Positions 60,601-64,000 of a stretch of 64,000 bases of DNA are shown one piece after another. Within the stretch, counting starts at the first letter, position 1. Each line of letters opens with the position of its first letter. Origin of the DNA: Flavobacteriales bacterium (lineage in GTDB: Bacteria; Bacteroidota; Bacteroidia; Flavobacteriales_G; JALEGO01). The translations under genes were made by a program, and so were the position numbers. The notes under the pieces were generated by a model. The model had not been told where the DNA came from, searched no databases, and saw nothing but the letters and a program-made list of their open reading frames with translations. The stretch spans positions 85,893 through 149,892 of the forward strand of contig JAHDEG010000004.1 in NCBI GenBank assembly GCA_020628935.1, given 5' to 3'.

Positions 60601-60828
60601 CTACAAAAAAATGATGTCGTTTATTTATGTTCTGATGGTTATGCCGATCAATTTGGAGGACAGAAGGGTAAAAAATTTATGCAAAAGAAATTCCGGGATC
60701 TTTTAAAAACGATTAGTACTGAGCCAATGGAAATCCAGCAAGCTTTGCTTGAAAAGAGTTTCGAAGATTGGAAGGAAGGATACGAACAAATTGATGATGT
60801 TTGTGTGCTGGGCGTTAGGGTTGTTTAA
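57682..60828 (+). CDS. Sensor protein: periplasmic two-component-regulator-propeller repeats and Y_Y_Y domain, one TM helix, coiled coil, cytoplasmic PP2C/SpoIIE-type phosphatase
   Basis: A signal peptide is followed by about 650 aa of propeller-like repeats. The Y_Y_Y-like segment is YSFFLEGFSDSWSGWSNENTVTFANLYEGDYVFNVKSKN. The TM helix is FAAYVLYGLILAGVIFVFV. PP2C motifs are GGDFYW, ADCTGHGVPGALMSMIG, DGMD, SDGYADQFGG and DDVCVLGVRV. Confidence 0.8.
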   Translation: MLLSKLKYITLVTLLLFFAAHLKASSIHNKVHISNYENIDFQGAFSIKSIFQDSIGNLFASTDKGMYSYNGMNWKRVNFSEGEDLYAFLNTTNNFYAAGSKGLGTIKKIRANTFAYMSIKDSLKGLDESLINASSIISKHNNTFIFYENRIVLIAENEKKYTSFYKPTGKAIGFSIGKKIFFHQKGLGLNMIYNNSEIVPYLNNEELESINVIDIKVDNERIYLFTQNDGIHIYEDKVLQEKIEFNYKIVSAENLSEQLWAIATENSGVIIVEKRNGKTVKIIDKSNGLENNNITDICVDIQKNIWIGSKKGLQKAEVFIPFSYHIGSNQISGRVTDIEFFNNKLVVATTEGIYREDYYDELHGSYSFSKMINQKSSFSKLKSLDNLLLVTDDNHINYCDSSFNLNKLSLFNNGCIIEIENKAFMTYSNDGITFYKNCEGIECEISPWLSKKVYNYPVNEIVKVKNDSTLVIRENDLLYFAQFQYGNGIPKIFNKQQIQSDLKFTKLIQNENNIFAITKNKMFAVIPTFDDFDFIECDFVQEDTVDLNKYDNYLFEETMNFSLLILNNKSETKAYYKLNDDFKFVPVNYFERFPKGEIHKILIDDTEVGKYWLCNENGLINYFSYDLHNAISDKIPFKTLITKFPLTENKETSITYSKNTVQFEYSSTNLIAEQLNQYSFFLEGFSDSWSGWSNENTVTFANLYEGDYVFNVKSKNIYQNESEVASFNFSIAPPWYRTFAAYVLYGLILAGVIFVFVRLNVARLEKANDKLKAIIEERTEEIRVRKEELEEKNKDITASIEYARTIQDAILTSSVYLKSILNDYFIYYKPKDIIGGDFYWAYRTPGAKTIVAVADCTGHGVPGALMSMIGNSLLNEIIIENQTYEPNLILDHLRAGIINSFQNNSELKEERSHDGMDISIISIGDGEVDMEYASAKHTVYVVRDKEMIETHSDFQPISNFVTHLEPYNKYTLSLQKNDVVYLCSDGYADQFGGQKGKKFMQKKFRDLLKTISTEPMEIQQALLEKSFEDWKEGYEQIDDVCVLGVRVV

Positions 60829-60835
60829 TAAGAAA

Positions 60836-61258
60836 CTAAATCATCAAATTATCATTTTCATCAAACGTTACAAACGGGTTAAAAGCAACTTCAAAAAGAT
60901 TACCATCTAAATCTTTAAAATACCCGCTGTATCCTCCCCAAAAAACTTTTTGAGCGGGCTTAATAATTTCAGCACCTAAATTTTTTACTTCGAACAAAAG
61001 ATCATCTACTTCTTGTTCAGTCTTTGCATTATAAGCAAGGGTTATAGGTGAAGTTCCCTCCATATTAAATTTTAATGTAACATCTTCTACAAGCTTATCT
61101 TTTGGGTACAATGCAAGAACAATTCCTCCCAAATTAAAAAACACAATATTTTCTGTACTGGCGTCCGACCGTTTCCATTTTAAACTATCCTCATAAAATG
61201 CCACAGACTTGCTTAAATCATTTACACCTAAGGTTACTATGTTTAACTTTTGACGCAT
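60836..61258 (-). CDS. VOC (glyoxalase/bleomycin-resistance/dioxygenase) family protein
   Basis: 140 aa. The N-terminus is LNIVTLGVNDLSKSVAFYED.LKW and the C-terminus is GGYSGYFKDLDGNLFEVAFNP, typical of single-domain VOC proteins. Confidence 0.75.
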   Translation of the reverse strand: MRQKLNIVTLGVNDLSKSVAFYEDSLKWKRSDASTENIVFFNLGGIVLALYPKDKLVEDVTLKFNMEGTSPITLAYNAKTEQEVDDLLFEVKNLGAEIIKPAQKVFWGGYSGYFKDLDGNLFEVAFNPFVTFDENDNLMI

Positions 61259-61267
61259 ACTTAAGTT

Positions 61268-61945
61268 TTAACCTTTTGGAGATTTATTTTCTAACAAAGG
61301 CACAAACTTAAATTCACCATACTCAGTGGTCTCAAACGAGCCATCAGGTTGTTTAATTAGTCTGTTCATTACTTGTGTGGTTTCATTAATATCTACGGGT
61401 ATTACCATTATACCACCAACAGCCAATTGATCTTTTAATGCATCCGGAATGTAGGGTGCACCTGCAGTAACTATAATTTTATCAAAAGGAGCAAAAGAAG
61501 GAGATCCTTTATAACCATCGCCATAAAACAGCTTCGCGTTGTACCCTAGTTTACTTAATAAAGGCTTTGTTTTCAAAAATAAGGTACGCTGACGTTCTAT
61601 AGAATATACTCTAGCACCCAACTCTAACAAAACTGCCGTTTGGTAACCAGAACCTGTACCTATTTCTAAAACTTTATCTCTCTTTTTTATTTCTAATAAA
61701 GAGCTTTGAAATGCAACTGTGAAAGGGTGTGATATGGTTTGGCTTGCTCCAATAGGAAAAGCTTCGTCTTTATATGCATAATGTAAAAATGCATTATCAT
61801 CTATAAAAAAATGACGAGGTATTTTATTCATCACGGTGAGTACTTGCTCATCTTCAATACCTTTATCTCTCAATGTTTGAATGAGGTTTTTACGTAAGCC
61901 TTTATGTTTAAATGAATCTATCACGTGTTCAAGGTAATATTGCAA
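61268..61945 (-). CDS. pcm: Protein-L-isoaspartate O-methyltransferase
   Basis: Motifs PRHFF, AFPIGASQTISHPFTVA, the SAM motif VLEIGTGSGYQTAVLLEL, GDGYKG and FDKIIVTAGAP. 225 aa. Confidence 0.9.
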   Translation of the reverse strand: MQYYLEHVIDSFKHKGLRKNLIQTLRDKGIEDEQVLTVMNKIPRHFFIDDNAFLHYAYKDEAFPIGASQTISHPFTVAFQSSLLEIKKRDKVLEIGTGSGYQTAVLLELGARVYSIERQRTLFLKTKPLLSKLGYNAKLFYGDGYKGSPSFAPFDKIIVTAGAPYIPDALKDQLAVGGIMVIPVDINETTQVMNRLIKQPDGSFETTEYGEFKFVPLLENKSPKG

Positions 61946-62048
61946 AGCGATATTTACAAAATGTTAAGGCATTTTTTTAAAATAAAAACAGCTTCTAAAA
62001 GTGTAAAAACTTCTTTTGACAGTTACCCATTTGATAATAAACAAGCCA

Positions 62049-62879
62049 TTACCAAGAGCCACCGGCTCCTCCACCACCTGAAGATCCTCCACCAAAACCA
62101 CCAAAGCCTCCTCCACCAAAATCTCCTCCACCTCCAAAACCTCTACCTCTAGTATGTCCGCCTCCCCAGGCTCCTCCACCAAATAAAGGCCAATCATTAT
62201 CTTGTACGCCTCTTCGGTTTATAGTTTGCCCCATGTAACCTCTTTTACCTTTACGAGACAACCAATTCATGAGTATAATAATAAGAATGATTATAAGTAT
62301 TGTAGGAAAAGGGGAAGATGGTGGTACCTCTCTCTTTTCATTAAACTCACCAATAGCTCGTTGCATTATTTCGGTTGTAGCTGCATCTAATCCTTTAAAG
62401 TATTGTGCTTTTTTAAAGTGGGGTATAATTGTATTTTCAACAATACGCTTCGCTATTATATCTGGTATTGCACCTTCTAAACCATAGCCCGCAACAATAT
62501 AAATATCGCCTCTTGAGCTGGCTGTTTTTGGCTTAACTACAATTAAGACTCCGTTAGATTTTTCTCTATCCCCTCCGATTCCCCATTTCTGAAATAGACG
62601 GTTACTAAAATCATTAGCCGATGTACCAGAAAAACCGTCTACTATAGCAATTGCTATTTGGTTACTTGTTTGCTTATCAAAATTTGTTAGCTTTTCTTCT
62701 AGGCATTGAGCCTCCCCTGAAGAAAGAAAGTTCGGAGACGATTTAGAAAAATTATTCACTAATCTTGGCGGATTAGGAACCTCCGGCAATACAATTTCTT
62801 GAGTATACGAAATTGCAAATACGCTAAAAAGGAGAAGAAAAAGAATGTTAGTCTTCAGTAACTTCATCTGGTAGTTCAT
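62049..62879 (-). CDS. TPM-domain protein (YgcG-like) with TM helix and Gly-rich C-terminal tail
   Basis: The signal peptide ends ...ISYT|QE. The TPM/DUF477-like core is LEEKLTNFDKQTSNQIAIAIV...GVLIVV...IVAGYGLEG. The TM helix is FPTILIIILIIILMNWL. The tail is GGGAWGGGHTRGRGFGGGGDFGGGGFGGFGGGSSGGGGAGGSW. The start may be the downstream Met (MKLLKTN, 62867). Confidence 0.75.
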   Translation of the reverse strand: MNYQMKLLKTNILFLLLFSVFAISYTQEIVLPEVPNPPRLVNNFSKSSPNFLSSGEAQCLEEKLTNFDKQTSNQIAIAIVDGFSGTSANDFSNRLFQKWGIGGDREKSNGVLIVVKPKTASSRGDIYIVAGYGLEGAIPDIIAKRIVENTIIPHFKKAQYFKGLDAATTEIMQRAIGEFNEKREVPPSSPFPTILIIILIIILMNWLSRKGKRGYMGQTINRRGVQDNDWPLFGGGAWGGGHTRGRGFGGGGDFGGGGFGGFGGGSSGGGGAGGSW

Positions 62880-63291
62880 TTACATCTTCTTTTTCGTATG
62901 GAAAATAATGCTTTAATTGTTCTCCACACATAGCTATACCTTCGGTAAAGGCAGTTAAAAACTGCTTTTCTCTAAAAAGAGAAAACATGTGTTCACGTAT
63001 GCTTACCCAAAAATCTTTAGGTACAACATCGTTAATTCCCTTATCGCCATAAATGGCAAACTTTTTTTCGGTGGGTGAGAAAAAAAACAAAACACCGTTA
63101 CGGTGTTTTGTTTTGTTCATTCCAAGTGTTTCAAATACTTCAATTGCCTCGTCTAGCGGATTATCCATTTTGCACTTCCTACGAATATGCATACGAATTT
63201 CTCCCGAAGTATTTAATTCAGCCTGACTTATGGCTTCAACAATTTGTTGCTCTTGAGTATCAGAAAAAAAATCAGATTTCTTTTCAAACAT
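62848..63291 (-). CDS. TPM-domain protein (cytoplasmic type)
   Basis: 147 aa with FFSDTQEQQIVEAISQAELNTSGEIRMHI...NGVLFFFSPTEKKFAIYGDKGI. The ATG overlaps the LemA stop (TAATG). Confidence 0.75.
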   Translation of the reverse strand: MFEKKSDFFSDTQEQQIVEAISQAELNTSGEIRMHIRRKCKMDNPLDEAIEVFETLGMNKTKHRNGVLFFFSPTEKKFAIYGDKGINDVVPKDFWVSIREHMFSLFREKQFLTAFTEGIAMCGEQLKHYFPYEKEDVNELPDEVTED

Positions 63292-63866
63292 TAAAACTCA
63301 ACTTTTGGAGCTTTATCCGAACCTTTTTCAGCTTCAAAATAAGCACGCTTATCAAAATCAAACATACCAGCAAAAAGATTATTCGGAAACTTACGTATGT
63401 AAGAATTGTAATCTTTAACAGCTTCACCAAACATTCTACGTTCATTAGCGATTCTGTTTTCAGTACCCTCTAATTGGGTTTGAAGCTCTAAAAAATTCTG
63501 ATTAGCTTTTAAATCAGGGTAACGCTCAACAACAACCATAAGTTTGCTTAATGCAGAGCTTAAACCAGACTGTGCTTGCTGAAACTTCTGAATATTTTCA
63601 GGAGTTAAATTGTCAGCATTAATATTCATTTTAGTTGCTTTAGCACGCGCTTTAATGACTCCTTCTAGAGTTTCCTTCTCATGAGAAGCGTACCCCTTAA
63701 CGGTTGCTACCAAATTAGGAATTAAATCTGCTCTCCGCTGATAAGCGTTTTCTACTTGAGACCATTTCTCAGAAACAACCTCATCCTTCTCAACCATGGT
63801 GTTATATCCACATGAAGTTAAAGATAAAGCAAGGCCTAAGTAAACAATGTGGACTAACTTTTTCAT
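63291..63866 (-). CDS. lemA: LemA family protein
   Basis: The lipoprotein-like N-terminus is LALSLTSCGY. LemA core motifs are YNTMVEKDEVVSEKWSQVENAYQRRADLIPNLV, ERYPDLKANQNFLELQTQLEGTENRIANERRMF and YNSYIRKFPNNLF. Confidence 0.9.
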   Translation of the reverse strand: MKKLVHIVYLGLALSLTSCGYNTMVEKDEVVSEKWSQVENAYQRRADLIPNLVATVKGYASHEKETLEGVIKARAKATKMNINADNLTPENIQKFQQAQSGLSSALSKLMVVVERYPDLKANQNFLELQTQLEGTENRIANERRMFGEAVKDYNSYIRKFPNNLFAGMFDFDKRAYFEAEKGSDKAPKVEF

Positions 63867-63869
63867 AAT

Positions 63870-64000
63870 TTATATTTTATCAATTAAGCTTACACTTCTT
63901 TTTAAGAAATTAGTTAACTGTTCCCCTTTCAATAAATCATTTGCAACTAAAGCAAGATCTGTAATTTGCTGAGCGATTTCTTCTTTCTTAGAATCATCTT
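63870..64000 (-). CDS. 3' end of an unidentified CDS running off the window (C-terminal 42 aa)
   Basis: The minus-strand frame reads ...DDSKKEEIAQQITDLALVANDLLKGEQLTNFLKRSVSLIDKI*. The stop is at 63870-63872, 3 nt upstream of the lemA start, which suggests the same operon. No family recognised. Confidence 0.35.
   Translation of the reverse strand, partial: DDSKKEEIAQQITDLALVANDLLKGEQLTNFLKRSVSLIDKI

Noticed and set aside
61925-62197. Two overlapping ORFs (61925-62152 + and 61964-62197 -) have repetitive HQN/LL and VEE/LEV sequences.
   Set aside because: They are frame and strand shadows of the GGN-rich DNA encoding the Gly-rich tail of the TPM protein (62049-62879) and of the adjacent intergenic region. 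They have no start context or motifs.
1-64000. I scanned for CRISPR arrays, tRNA/rRNA genes, IS elements, integrases, toxin-antitoxin pairs and recognisable defence-system genes.
   Set aside because: I saw no regularly spaced direct repeats, no tRNA-like T-arm signatures (GGTTCGAATCC-type) and no transposase, integrase or nuclease-helicase defence motifs. Nearly all sequence is accounted for by the long ORFs listed, so the window appears to be core chromosome rather than a mobile or defence island. tRNAscan-SE, Infernal/Rfam and a defence-system HMM search would be needed to confirm this.

Overview
AT-rich, almost fully coding chromosomal segment that looks like Bacteroidota (Flavobacteriia type). 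Supporting signs are T9SS sorting domains, gldH, TTG/GTG starts, no obvious Shine-Dalgarno sequences, and Gln at +1 after signal peptides. I found no rRNA, tRNA, CRISPR array, transposase, integrase or phage genes by eye. About half of the window encodes very large secreted or cell-surface proteins carrying type IX secretion C-terminal sorting domains. Five have the type B (gliding-motility-associated CTD) domain: 2..2701, 2706..5447, and three tandem paralogs at 43052..55556. Three have the type A domain: an FG-GAP propeller, a 4876-aa giant repeat protein at 10640..25270, and an M14 carboxypeptidase. The remainder is housekeeping: tatD-like, mutL followed by two rhomboids and an EEP protein, GT39-like, gldH plus PSP1/RicT, an LRR protein, a fused 2-oxoacid dehydrogenase E1, OmpA-like, dnaG, a propeller/Y_Y_Y/PP2C sensor, VOC, pcm, and a LemA-TPM-TPM operon. 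The most unusual thing I can support is not a protein. It is a family of three ~90-nt intergenic elements (39121-39209 +, 46977-47068 +, 55569-55658 -), each 2-13 nt downstream of a stop codon in sense orientation. They share invariant cores, and their stems differ between copies by compensatory changes, which suggests a structured 3'-UTR RNA. Secondary points are the hierarchical architecture of the giant protein, a collinear six-module DxCG repeat scaffold with 3/9/0 SprB-type repeat expansion in the three tandem adhesin paralogs, and a phosphoethanolamine-transferase-like enzyme fused to a PLC/SMaseD-like phosphodiesterase domain. All functional calls rest on motif recognition by eye; no database search was run.
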